Below, piece by piece: positions 20,612-29,461 of a stretch of 32,000 nucleotides of DNA (positions within the stretch are counted from its first letter, which is position 1; the number at the start of each line of letters is the position of its first letter). The notes beneath the pieces were generated by a model, which saw nothing but the letters and a program-made list of their open reading frames with translations, was not told the DNA's origin and searched no databases. A program made the position numbers and the translations under genes. Source of the stretch: Gammaproteobacteria bacterium (GTDB lineage Bacteria > Pseudomonadota > Gammaproteobacteria > S012-40); assembly GCA_029881255.1 (NCBI GenBank), contig JAOUMY010000003.1, positions 26,732 through 58,731 on the forward strand, written 5' to 3'.

Positions 20612-21991
20612 TTAAAAATTGCCGTAGGCGCTGGGGACTTCGATACCGTCTTCGCGCATGCGCGCCAGTTTGTAGCGCAAGGTGCGCTGACTGACGCCGA
20701 GTTTTTCTGCCGCAGTTTTGCGGCTACCGTTGGACGCCTTTAAGGCCTCCAATATCAAAACGTGTTCTCTGTCGCGCAGACTGTCACCGAGTTGCCCTTG
20801 CGAATTTTCGTCGTCTGTTTCTATGGGCCTTGGCGCGCTTGCACTGCTGGGCGAGCTAGTATTCATCGACGAAGGTTCAAACATGATTTGTTCATCGTCG
20901 ATGCGTTGATTGACCTGCAAAATCAGCGCACGCTGGGCGACGTTGTCCAGTTCACGCACGTTTCCTGGCCAGCTATGCCCCATCAGTTTTTGCTGTGCAG
21001 CATCGCTGAGTTCTGGCACTGGTCCACCACTGCGCGTATGCCGACGCAGTAAAAATTGCATCAATGGCACCACGTCTTGTTTGCGATCACGCAGCGGCGG
21101 TAAATGAATAGGAAAGACATTGAGGCGGTAATACAAGTCTTCACGAAAACGTCCGTTGGCGACTTCCTTTTTCATGTCGCGGTTGGTGGTGGCGAGTACG
21201 CGCACATCCAGGGGAATAAGTTTATTTCCGCCTAGACGTTCGACTTCGCGCTCCTGTAACACACGCAAGAGTTTGGCTTGCAGGCCGATGTCCATCTCGG
21301 AAATTTCATCGAGTAATAGTGTGCCGCCATTGGCCAGTTCAAACTTACCCGGGCTGGATTTATATGCGCCGGTAAACGCGCCTTTTTCATATCCGAACAA
21401 CATCGCTTCGAGCATGTTTTCCGGAATCGCGGCGCAATTGAGCGCCACAAACGGACCTTTATGCCGCGGCGACATTTGATGAATCTGATGGGCAAAGACT
21501 TCTTTACCGGTACCGCTCTCACCAGAAATCAACACCGTTGCTTCGCTGTCGGCGACCTTGGCGACGAGTGCCAAAACCTCTTTTGTTTTTGGATCTTCGG
21601 CAATCATGTCGCCGTCGACAGTCTCCTGCCCCAACACATGATTGGCAACCATATTCACCAGCACTTCGGCCTCGAAAGGCTTAACCAAATAATCAATCGC
21701 GCCATCGTGCATGGCTTCGACGGCTTTCTGGATAGTGCCGTAGGCAGTCATCAACACCGTCGGAATTTCCGGATGTAGCTCGCGCATTTTTTTCAGCAGT
21801 GTGTGACCATCCATGCCGTCCATTTGCACATCGCTAATCACCATGCCGACGTTATCGTTTTCCAGACACTCCAGCGCCGCGTGACCGTTGTCTGCTTCGA
21901 GCACGTTATAACCTGCGATCTGCAAAGTGTCGGTGAGCGCCTCGCGCAAACTCGCATCGTCTTCTACGATCAGTACGCTGGTGTGGCTCAT
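20612..21991 (-). CDS. fleR: Sigma54-dependent flagellar response regulator (FleR/FlrC type)
   Basis: Receiver domain, GESGTGKEVFAHQIHQMS and GAFTGAYKSSPGKFELA AAA+ motifs, C-terminal Fis-type HTH (SRKTAAEKLGVSQRTLRYKLARMREDG). Adjacent to fleS and fliE. Confidence 0.92.
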   Translation of the reverse strand: MSHTSVLIVEDDASLREALTDTLQIAGYNVLEADNGHAALECLENDNVGMVISDVQMDGMDGHTLLKKMRELHPEIPTVLMTAYGTIQKAVEAMHDGAIDYLVKPFEAEVLVNMVANHVLGQETVDGDMIAEDPKTKEVLALVAKVADSEATVLISGESGTGKEVFAHQIHQMSPRHKGPFVALNCAAIPENMLEAMLFGYEKGAFTGAYKSSPGKFELANGGTLLLDEISEMDIGLQAKLLRVLQEREVERLGGNKLIPLDVRVLATTNRDMKKEVANGRFREDLYYRLNVFPIHLPPLRDRKQDVVPLMQFLLRRHTRSGGPVPELSDAAQQKLMGHSWPGNVRELDNVAQRALILQVNQRIDDEQIMFEPSSMNTSSPSSASAPRPIETDDENSQGQLGDSLRDREHVLILEALKASNGSRKTAAEKLGVSQRTLRYKLARMREDGIEVPSAYGNF

Positions 21992-23235
21992 GCTTGACTC
22001 CTCTTGGATTCGGGGGCGGGTGTGCTGTTCATAATCGGCAGGCGCATAACAAAAGTCGTTCCTTGTTCATCGCTTTTACCCAACCACAGGCTGCCGCCAT
22101 GGGCCTGGACGACGTTCTGGGCGACGGCCAGGCCCAGGCCTGTGCCTTTGGACTTGGTGGTAAAAAACGGCTCAAAAATTCGCTTCTGATCTTCGGCAGA
22201 AATGCCGGGACCGTTGTCGGCGATATAAATATCTACCGAGGGCAAACTCTGTGTTTGTCTCGGTAAATCAGTGACGATGTGAATCTGTGCCTGTTCGCCA
22301 CAGGCCTGTAGCGCATTGGAAACCAGGTTTTGCATTACGCTCAACAAGGCATCGCGATTGGCGCGCAACAGGATCTCTTGTTGCGGCGGCTGGAGGTGTA
22401 ACATCGCACCGGCCTCACTCACCTGCGCTTCCATATATTGGCCAAGGTCGTTGAGTAGCTGTCCGAGGTCGACTTCCTGTAACACCGTCGCCGCGTCACG
22501 GGTGAAGGACAACATATCGTTGACCACTTTTTCCATGTGACGCATGCGATCCAGCGCCTTGTCGGCAAAACGATTGCGATCGGTTTCTTTAATGCCTTGC
22601 TTGGTCAGATTGGAAACATATAACAGTGCCGAGGCCAGCGGTGTGCGTATCTGATGGGCAACCTTGGCACTCATCTCGCCCATGGCGGATAGACGCTTGT
22701 AACGTTCGAGGGCGGTTTGCAGACCGCGAGCTTCGGTGATGTCGTTGAGTAGAATTATCTGCCCCGGCTCGTTACCTAAAGGACAGGTGGAAATCGACAC
22801 CCAACGACCAGCGAGCGTAATCGCTTCCTGACCGGTAAAGGAGCCACCGGATTGCAGAAAACCTTGTTCGACCACATCGCGCCACAGCGCGCCGTCGAGT
22901 TCCATCGCAAGTAATTCGCGCGCAGCTGGATTGGTCTCTTGAATACGGCCGCGGTTATCGATAACCACAACTCCGGCGGGCAGTGCATCCAGTAGATTGC
23001 TGAGACGGGAGGCGAGCCGCGCGTTTTCCGCCAGTTGTTCGCCATGATCGTGTTGCGCGGAATTCAGCTCTTCACTGAGATTGGAGATGTGATCTTCCAG
23101 GGCACGATAAGTCGCCGTGAGCTGATCGGCTACGCCATTAAAAGCGTTAAAAGCCTCTTGCAGCTCTTTGGGATTTGGCTTGCCTGGTTTGGTCTTGGCC
23201 AAGAAATGTGCTCCGATGATTCCGTCTGTTTGCAT
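21988..23235 (-). CDS. fleS: Flagellar sensor histidine kinase, PAS + HisKA + HATPase (FleS/FlrB type)
   Basis: PAS region LLDALPAGVVVIDNRGRIQETNPAARELL; H-box GEMSAKVAHQIRTPLASALLYV; ATP-binding GPGISAEDQKRIFEPFFTTKSKGTGLGLAVAQNVVQAHGG. Exact start uncertain (see findings). Confidence 0.92.
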   Translation of the reverse strand: MQTDGIIGAHFLAKTKPGKPNPKELQEAFNAFNGVADQLTATYRALEDHISNLSEELNSAQHDHGEQLAENARLASRLSNLLDALPAGVVVIDNRGRIQETNPAARELLAMELDGALWRDVVEQGFLQSGGSFTGQEAITLAGRWVSISTCPLGNEPGQIILLNDITEARGLQTALERYKRLSAMGEMSAKVAHQIRTPLASALLYVSNLTKQGIKETDRNRFADKALDRMRHMEKVVNDMLSFTRDAATVLQEVDLGQLLNDLGQYMEAQVSEAGAMLHLQPPQQEILLRANRDALLSVMQNLVSNALQACGEQAQIHIVTDLPRQTQSLPSVDIYIADNGPGISAEDQKRIFEPFFTTKSKGTGLGLAVAQNVVQAHGGSLWLGKSDEQGTTFVMRLPIMNSTPAPESKRSQA

Positions 23236-23361
23236 AACGGAATGCTTTGAGCAAGAAGCATGCCCCTGTTTAGGGCTTTAAATTCAGAGAGTTAAAAAGG
23301 CTAAATCAGACCCCGTCAAGGCTTCGTCACTTTTTTGCCGCGGATTCGGGGAATCCATACA
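23109..23361. repeat. Direct repeat copy A: 5' end of intact fleS plus its upstream region
   Basis: Ungapped alignment with 29196..29448 (constant offset 6087); hand count about 17 mismatches in 253 bp. Confidence 0.9.
23250..23266 (-). promoter_or_regulatory. Candidate sigma54 (-24/-12) promoter upstream of fleS
   Basis: Minus-strand GGGGCATGCTTCTTGCT: GG-N10-GC spacing, close to TGGCACG-N4-TTGCW. Confidence 0.45.
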
Positions 23362-23370
23362 GCAGCAGAA

Positions 23371-26300
23371 TCACAAAGGATTTACCGTCAGCGTAAAATT
23401 AGCGCTGTCAGAAAACGAGTTCTTTTCGTCTACGCGGATATATAACGAGCTACCGCTGGAGCTTGCGATACAGGAGTCGTTCCACGTTCCTGCATACGCA
23501 ACATCACAAACCGTACGTGCATAGTTATCGTCGTCGTACACCCAGACATCTACGTCGTCGGTCTGATTCGAAACCTCAATCGAATATAAACCTCCAGCGA
23601 TTAAGCCATCGACGCGATAATATCGGTATTCGTCTTTTACTATCGTGTCATCAAAGGGAGTACTTAGCGATAGCGCTTGTGGAGTTACACTAAATTCGAG
23701 AATTTCCAGGACGAAATCTGAACCCGAATAGCTTATGCTCGCATCGACCACTATATATGCACTTGTACTCTGAGCGACAGCTACACAGTCATCTCCTGTG
23801 CCGAAGTAGTAGGGTTCGCAAAGTACCGAACTATAATCTGCGTCCGAATAGACACTAAGATATGTTCCCGAGTCAGTCATGCTCGCCAAGTTAAAATAGT
23901 AGGCCGTTCCAATTGCAAGACCGGTTACCTCATAATAGACCTTGCCTTTATGGGCGCTGCCAGAAGTATCGGGAAACTCTGACAAATCCATTACAATCGG
24001 ACTTGGGGCCGGTTCTATAGTAATTGAAAATTCACCACCGTTATCGCTGTAGAGCGTGTCAACCAGCAAGAACATCGAACTTCCACTGGCAGTCAAATCG
24101 CACTCGAAATGGGTAAAGCAATAAGTGCCGCTAAACGAACCCTCACTATACAATGAAAGAGAAATCGAAGAAGCCGTCGTATTTGAAATCGTCGCCCTAT
24201 ATGTAACGCCAGAGGATAAACCAGTGATTTCGAACAAACCATAGTTGACACCAATTGAACCGCGCAGCGGAAAATCCTCTGTATCGTATGCAACAACTTG
24301 CGGTGTAACTGCTGTAATCGTTACCGTATCTGTTTGACTACTCAATGTGCCATCGTTGACGATGAGACTAAAAACGTAGTCACCAATGAGGTCTGCTTGA
24401 AATTGGAAATACTTGGCGCCAGGATCGACGATAGTCGCGTTACTACCGGCCGGAGAAGAAATAAGTGTCCAGTTGTAATTCAGCGCGTCATAATTAACAT
24501 CGTAACTCTGATAGCCAAAGACAAAGGGTGAAGAGCCAACTGCTACCGCGTGATCAGCTCCTGCGTATGCGACAGGCGCGACATTTCCGCTACCTGCAGT
24601 AATTATGACAGTATCGACAGCACTATCGGATACTCCATCGTTCACAACTAAATTTATAACATAGCTGCCGTCAACATCAGCTACAAATCCCGACGATACG
24701 CTAGTAGGCGTATCAAGCAAACTAAGACCACTTGTCGCAGGTACTGAATTTATAGACCAGGAGTAACTCAGGTTGTCTCCGTTATTATCCTTGCTAGCGA
24801 CCCCTGAAAGCTCGACATATGAACCGCTTAAAACCGTTTGATCACGACCAGCGTCAGCAACTGGAGGTACATTTTGCGCGGCAGTAATCACTACTTGGCT
24901 TAATAGACTCGTCAGCACCCCGTCGCTTACCGATAACGATATTACATAGCTTCCATCTACATCGGGAGTAAAACTAGGAATCCTCGAAAGTGGTTCATTC
25001 AGCATACTTAGTGTGCTTCCAGTAGGCACAGAAACGATATTCCAGGAATAAGTAGATATAGAACCATCCTTGTCTGTACTTAGTGATCCGTCGAGACCAA
25101 CCAGGGATCCGGTTAAGACAGATCTATCATATCCCGCATGTGCAACAGGCGGCATATTTGCGCCCGCACTAATAGTTACCGTGGCTGGGCTACTACTAAA
25201 ATATCCATCGTTCACCACCAGTGATATCACATAGTATCCTTCAACATCTGCAACGAAAGTTGGATTAACAACAGTAGGATCAGACAATGCCGTAACACTG
25301 CTTCCGACCGGTACAGACACAATCGACCACAGGTAAGTAATTGGAGAACCGTCTGGGTCGATGCTTAAGCTAGCATTGAGATAAGCCGCATTTCCGACGA
25401 TTAACGATCGTCTAGGACCTGCGTGCGCATTCGGCGGACTATTAGGTGCACCGGCCGTAATCGTTACAGTTGAACTGCTACTTTGTAACTGTCCATCGCT
25501 AACGACCAAGGAAAAAACATAGTCTCCATCCACGTCGGCCGTAAAGCTTGGGGAAACGACGCTGTTGCTCGACAGAGTCGAAATACTGCCTGTTGGAAGC
25601 GATACTGTCGTCCAAGTGTACGAGAGAAGTTGTCCATTGGGATCATAACTTGCACTTCCATCCAGCGTCACCACGCTTCCAGTGGTAACATATTTTGAGC
25701 TTCCCGCACTGGAAACCGGCGGCGCATCAACCGCCGCAAGTACTGATACTGTCGCTGGGCTGCTGTTGTCCGTACCATCATTAACAGTGAGTGAGAAAAT
25801 ATATGTGCCTTCAACATCTGGGGTAAAACTCGGACTAACTGTAGCGGCATTGTTCAATGAAATCACGTTACTGGAAGCAGGTACGGAGACCACGTACCAG
25901 CTATACGTTATGAAGTCGTTGTTTGCATCCGAGCTAGCGCTACCGTCCAGTGTAACTAGCCTACCCAGGATTGCAGTTTGGTTTTCTCCTGCGTGGGCAA
26001 TCGGGACAGCCTGGAATGCGACTGATACTAAAACCTCGTCAGCGGCGCTTTCAAGGTTTCCGTCGTTCACCACCAATGTTGCGCGATACACACCAACTAC
26101 ATCGGCAACGAAACTAGGTCTCGCAGCCGTAGCGTCAGATAAACTTGCGGAACTTCCGTCTGGCGCGACCAACGTCCAAAGATAAGTGAGCATGTCACTA
26201 TCAAAATCCGAACTAAGAGACCCGTCGAGCGTAACCTTATCACCGGGTTTTGCTGACGAATCTCTACCCGCGTTTGCAACAGGAGCAGAATTTTTTGTAC

Positions 26301-26658
26301 TTGCTACAATCACCACTTCATCGTCAGCAAACTTATCAAGTTCATCGTGCACGACGAGGGAAACTCGATATACACCATCCAAGTCTGCAATAAATGAGGG
26401 CGCAACAGTGGTCGGATTCGATAAAGTTGCCGCGCTGTTTTCTGGAACGTCAACAAATTTCCAGCTATAGGTAATACGACTTCCCTCTGGATCCACGCTC
26501 AAGCTACCATCAAGCTTAACAAGCGATCCGGTAGCAATATTTTGATCCGTACCGGCATGGACGACAGGAGCCTGATTATCAAGTGGGAATTCATTTAAGC
26601 AAGAGGAAAGTAGAAGAATAGGCGAGATAGTGATCAGCTTTGGAAAATAAAAACGCAT
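23371..26658 (-). CDS. Large PKD-domain repeat lipoprotein with C-terminal pre-peptidase-C-like domains
   Basis: 1095 aa; lipobox ILLLSSCLNEF; about 8 tandem ~95-aa PKD-like units (PPVADAGRDQTVLSGSYVELSG...YVINLVVNDG) followed by about three PPC-like units (YYRVDGLIAGGLYSIEVSNQTDDVDVWVYDDD). Confidence 0.85.
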   Translation of the reverse strand: MRFYFPKLITISPILLLSSCLNEFPLDNQAPVVHAGTDQNIATGSLVKLDGSLSVDPEGSRITYSWKFVDVPENSAATLSNPTTVAPSFIADLDGVYRVSLVVHDELDKFADDEVVIVASTKNSAPVANAGRDSSAKPGDKVTLDGSLSSDFDSDMLTYLWTLVAPDGSSASLSDATAARPSFVADVVGVYRATLVVNDGNLESAADEVLVSVAFQAVPIAHAGENQTAILGRLVTLDGSASSDANNDFITYSWYVVSVPASSNVISLNNAATVSPSFTPDVEGTYIFSLTVNDGTDNSSPATVSVLAAVDAPPVSSAGSSKYVTTGSVVTLDGSASYDPNGQLLSYTWTTVSLPTGSISTLSSNSVVSPSFTADVDGDYVFSLVVSDGQLQSSSSTVTITAGAPNSPPNAHAGPRRSLIVGNAAYLNASLSIDPDGSPITYLWSIVSVPVGSSVTALSDPTVVNPTFVADVEGYYVISLVVNDGYFSSSPATVTISAGANMPPVAHAGYDRSVLTGSLVGLDGSLSTDKDGSISTYSWNIVSVPTGSTLSMLNEPLSRIPSFTPDVDGSYVISLSVSDGVLTSLLSQVVITAAQNVPPVADAGRDQTVLSGSYVELSGVASKDNNGDNLSYSWSINSVPATSGLSLLDTPTSVSSGFVADVDGSYVINLVVNDGVSDSAVDTVIITAGSGNVAPVAYAGADHAVAVGSSPFVFGYQSYDVNYDALNYNWTLISSPAGSNATIVDPGAKYFQFQADLIGDYVFSLIVNDGTLSSQTDTVTITAVTPQVVAYDTEDFPLRGSIGVNYGLFEITGLSSGVTYRATISNTTASSISLSLYSEGSFSGTYCFTHFECDLTASGSSMFLLVDTLYSDNGGEFSITIEPAPSPIVMDLSEFPDTSGSAHKGKVYYEVTGLAIGTAYYFNLASMTDSGTYLSVYSDADYSSVLCEPYYFGTGDDCVAVAQSTSAYIVVDASISYSGSDFVLEILEFSVTPQALSLSTPFDDTIVKDEYRYYRVDGLIAGGLYSIEVSNQTDDVDVWVYDDDNYARTVCDVAYAGTWNDSCIASSSGSSLYIRVDEKNSFSDSANFTLTVNPL

Positions 26659-27042
26659 CTAAACTTTCCTCTTTGGTATTTGATACATCTATCGGACTAG
26701 CCAAACGCGCATCTATAACAATTTTTGCCAACAAAACCATAATTTTCCGATAAACCGACAGAACAACTCCAACTCTTTCATCAAGTTTCAAGCAATCCTC
26801 TCCCTATAACTGGCATATGGCACAAAAAAACACGCATTACTTTCTGCACTATTGGATTTATTCCCAAACAATTTCTCGATCTAAATATTTGTAAACGTTC
26901 TATACGAATACTACAAGACTAGTTAACACAGACAACATACCAATTACATCGTCGTCATCGAACAACGCCGATCCTAAACTGCCACGCACCTACTTAAAGA
27001 TAGAAACACGTCCGACGATATACATAGCAATATGCGCCACTC

Positions 27043-28440
27043 ATGAGAACCGCCAATTTGAAAAATATAATCTATAAATTAGCTCTAACAACGAATTTAC
27101 TTTTCCTATTTTCGTGCGTAACAACACCTGTGGAACACACATTAGTACCGGAAGGACACGAAAAGTCTGGACTACTTGTTGGCGAGATAATTTCAACCAG
27201 TATTCCAAATTTTAAATACGCAAGTGTCGTTATCGACGGTGTAGAACGAGGAAATTCTCGATTCGGCGGAAAAATAAAATTTTTACATTCACCTGGAAAT
27301 CATACGATAAATTCTGTAAACGTTCCTATACCCGGAACCAACTTATATAATCGCTACCCCATTAATCTAGCATTCACTATTAACTCCAAAAGAGTCACCA
27401 ATTTCGGATTGCTAAATATTGAAATACAAAGCAAAACTAATCAGTTTTTTATTTGGTATTTGGACAACAATGAAGAAATGAAATATTTTCTTAACAACGC
27501 CTACCCAAATGAATCGACAAAGATTAACTTGACCGAAATATCTCTGATTCCGAACAAGTACGTTAAAGGAAATAAGATAAATAATATTCGTAATCATATC
27601 ACCCGCAATACGCTAATTTCTCGTATGGATGACAAAACTAGACCGCTAAACGTCAAAGGATATGTACTAGGCCCTATCGGAAGCATTGCGAGATATGATT
27701 TATCCAACAAGAACTCTCCTTTGGAAACCCCTATTGACATAGATACGACGCTTGATATGAGCAATTGCAAGTCGCATGAAAAAATTGTCGCATGTCTATT
27801 CCCCCCGAGTAAACTATTCGTCGTAGATGGAAAAAAGGCATACAAACGCAGTTTGCCTGACGGCATAGTAGCCGACACTATCCGGATTCTAGACAAACAA
27901 AAATTAATGCTCATCGATAAAGCTGGGTCTATATTTGTTTCCCGAAACGCCGGTGTTTCCTGGACTACGGCACATAAAAGTACGGTAAGTCGCCAGCCTC
28001 AGTTCGCGGCGAACGAGTATCTTAACAACTATGGCTCTGAATCCTATGGTGTATATCTCGGTCCCGACAAATATTACGTTTACGCAAATTCGCGTGAAAA
28101 AAGCGGAAATTTCGGCATTTGGGAAAGTGACAGCAAATTGAAATCTTTTTCGGCTATTTCGCTACCGGAATCTATACGTGATATACCAAGTATTTTGGAG
28201 TCTAACGACACCCTTGTAATCAGCCCACGTATTGAGAATCTCTTTAACGAGGAATTCTACATACGCACTAGCGACGGAAAAACTTGGCGAACTGTCGATA
28301 CGCCTGGAAGACGGTGTGGCGCCCTGAAAGTTAGCGAAAGTGACCCGAATACCATGAGCCTGATTTGTTCCGGTAGAACATGGAAAACAACAGACGGCGC
28401 CAAAACCTGGAAGGCAAGCAACAAGTTGGATAAAGGCTAA
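27043..28440 (+). CDS. Hypothetical lipoprotein with C-terminal BNR/sialidase-like repeat motifs
   Basis: 465 aa; lipobox LLFLFSCVTTP; motifs such as IFVSRNAGVSWTTA, YIRTSDGKTWRTVD and TWKTTDGAKTWKAS resemble Asp-box-type repeats. Confidence 0.7.
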   Translation: MRTANLKNIIYKLALTTNLLFLFSCVTTPVEHTLVPEGHEKSGLLVGEIISTSIPNFKYASVVIDGVERGNSRFGGKIKFLHSPGNHTINSVNVPIPGTNLYNRYPINLAFTINSKRVTNFGLLNIEIQSKTNQFFIWYLDNNEEMKYFLNNAYPNESTKINLTEISLIPNKYVKGNKINNIRNHITRNTLISRMDDKTRPLNVKGYVLGPIGSIARYDLSNKNSPLETPIDIDTTLDMSNCKSHEKIVACLFPPSKLFVVDGKKAYKRSLPDGIVADTIRILDKQKLMLIDKAGSIFVSRNAGVSWTTAHKSTVSRQPQFAANEYLNNYGSESYGVYLGPDKYYVYANSREKSGNFGIWESDSKLKSFSAISLPESIRDIPSILESNDTLVISPRIENLFNEEFYIRTSDGKTWRTVDTPGRRCGALKVSESDPNTMSLICSGRTWKTTDGAKTWKASNKLDKG

Positions 28441-28480
28441 GCCTTGTAAGCAAACGTCAAATCATCATGAGAAGAAGTCG

Positions 28481-29107
28481 ATGACAAAAACATACAAACT
28501 GCTACTACTAAGTGTTTTTTTATTCCCATTTAACCAGACACAAGCAAGCAGCCTTGATCTCAGCGGTTACCTCAGCCTAGCACTTGGCCTTGGCGGAGAC
28601 AGATTGTTGGAAATCGGTTATACCGATGGGACGAAAGGAACAACTTACGCCGGAAATGGAGCTTCCGTTATAGTCGGCTCAACTCTTCGAAATAACTATT
28701 TTGAAACTAGAGCGGGAATCGGCTTTATGTCTGTTAGACAAACTGGCGACAATGGCGGCGCAGGGTTCAGGCGGTGGGTGGCAGAAGGAACCGGACTCAT
28801 TCGACTGGGCCGGGAAAAAAAGCATATGATTGGCGGTGGTGTGGTTTATCACATAAAACCCGTTCTAGAATGCGAATTCACTGGCCTGTGCCAAGACTAC
28901 ACGTATTTCAAAAATGCGCTCGGATACACTGTCGAATACAACTATGTATTCGACGGTGGCAATCCAAATTACATGGATACCTATGCAATCGCCTTGCTGT
29001 TTTTTACGCGTGTACAAATCGTCAAGTACCAGATTAATGATTCCACGAGCAACTATACCGCTGATGGCAGCGGTATAAGTATGGGCGTGGCAGTTACGTG
29101 GTATTGA
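28481..29107 (+). CDS. Small exported protein, possible outer-membrane beta-barrel
   Basis: 208 aa; signal peptide MTKTYKLLLLSVFLFPFNQTQA; alternating beta-like segments and aromatic C-terminus GVAVTWY. Confidence 0.65.
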   Translation: MTKTYKLLLLSVFLFPFNQTQASSLDLSGYLSLALGLGGDRLLEIGYTDGTKGTTYAGNGASVIVGSTLRNNYFETRAGIGFMSVRQTGDNGGAGFRRWVAEGTGLIRLGREKKHMIGGGVVYHIKPVLECEFTGLCQDYTYFKNALGYTVEYNYVFDGGNPNYMDTYAIALLFFTRVQIVKYQINDSTSNYTADGSGISMGVAVTWY

Positions 29108-29195
29108 TGAGAGAGTATACGTCACCTAAACGTCTTTAGTCCTAAGGCCAATATGATCTTTAGGTCACAAAGACTCATCATACTCGTGTCGCGAC

Positions 29196-29322
29196 AAGTC
29201 GCCGTAAGCTGATCGGCTACGCCATTAAAAGCGTTAAAAGCCTCTTGCAGCTCTTTGGGATTTGGCTTGCCTGGTTTGGTCTTGGCCAAGAAATGTGCTC
29301 CGCTGGTTCCGTCTGTTTGCAT
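29196..29322 (-). pseudogene. Truncated 5' fragment of fleS
   Basis: Translates as MQTDGTSGAHFLAKTKPGKPNPKELQEAFNAFNGVADQLTAT, against MQTDGIIGAHFLAKTKPGKPNPKELQEAFNAFNGVADQLTAT in intact fleS; similarity stops abruptly at 29196. Confidence 0.88.
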
Positions 29323-29336
29323 AACGGAATGCTTTG

Positions 29337-29353
29337 AGCAAGAAGCATGCCCC
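29337..29353 (-). promoter_or_regulatory. Second copy of the candidate sigma54 promoter motif
   Basis: Identical minus-strand GGGGCATGCTTCTTGCT at offset 6087 from the fleS-proximal copy. Confidence 0.4.
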
Positions 29354-29461
29354 AGAATTGGGCATTGAAATCAGCGACTTAAAAAGCCTAAATCAGACCC
29401 CGTCAAGGGTTCGACACTTTTTTGCCGCCGATTCGGGGATTCCATACACCGGCTGACAAAC

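Larger units (their letters stand above)
29196..29448. repeat. Direct repeat copy B: orphan fleS 5' fragment plus upstream region, adjacent to leuA
   Basis: Matches 23109..23361 at constant offset, same orientation. Confidence 0.9.

Noticed and set aside
23371-26658. Long tandemly repetitive DNA that might be read as a repeat array
   Set aside because: The repetition is at protein level (PKD units of about 95 aa), units are strongly diverged in DNA, and there is no short-repeat/spacer structure, so it is not a CRISPR array.
23362-29195. Islet as a prophage, transposon or integron cassette array
   Set aside because: No integrase, transposase, phage structural gene or recognisable attC site is seen. 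Only the flanking direct repeats support insertion.
29122-29322. 66-aa minus-strand ORF as an independent gene
   Set aside because: Its first 42 residues or so are the fleS N-terminus and the rest is non-homologous junction sequence; treated as a truncated remnant.
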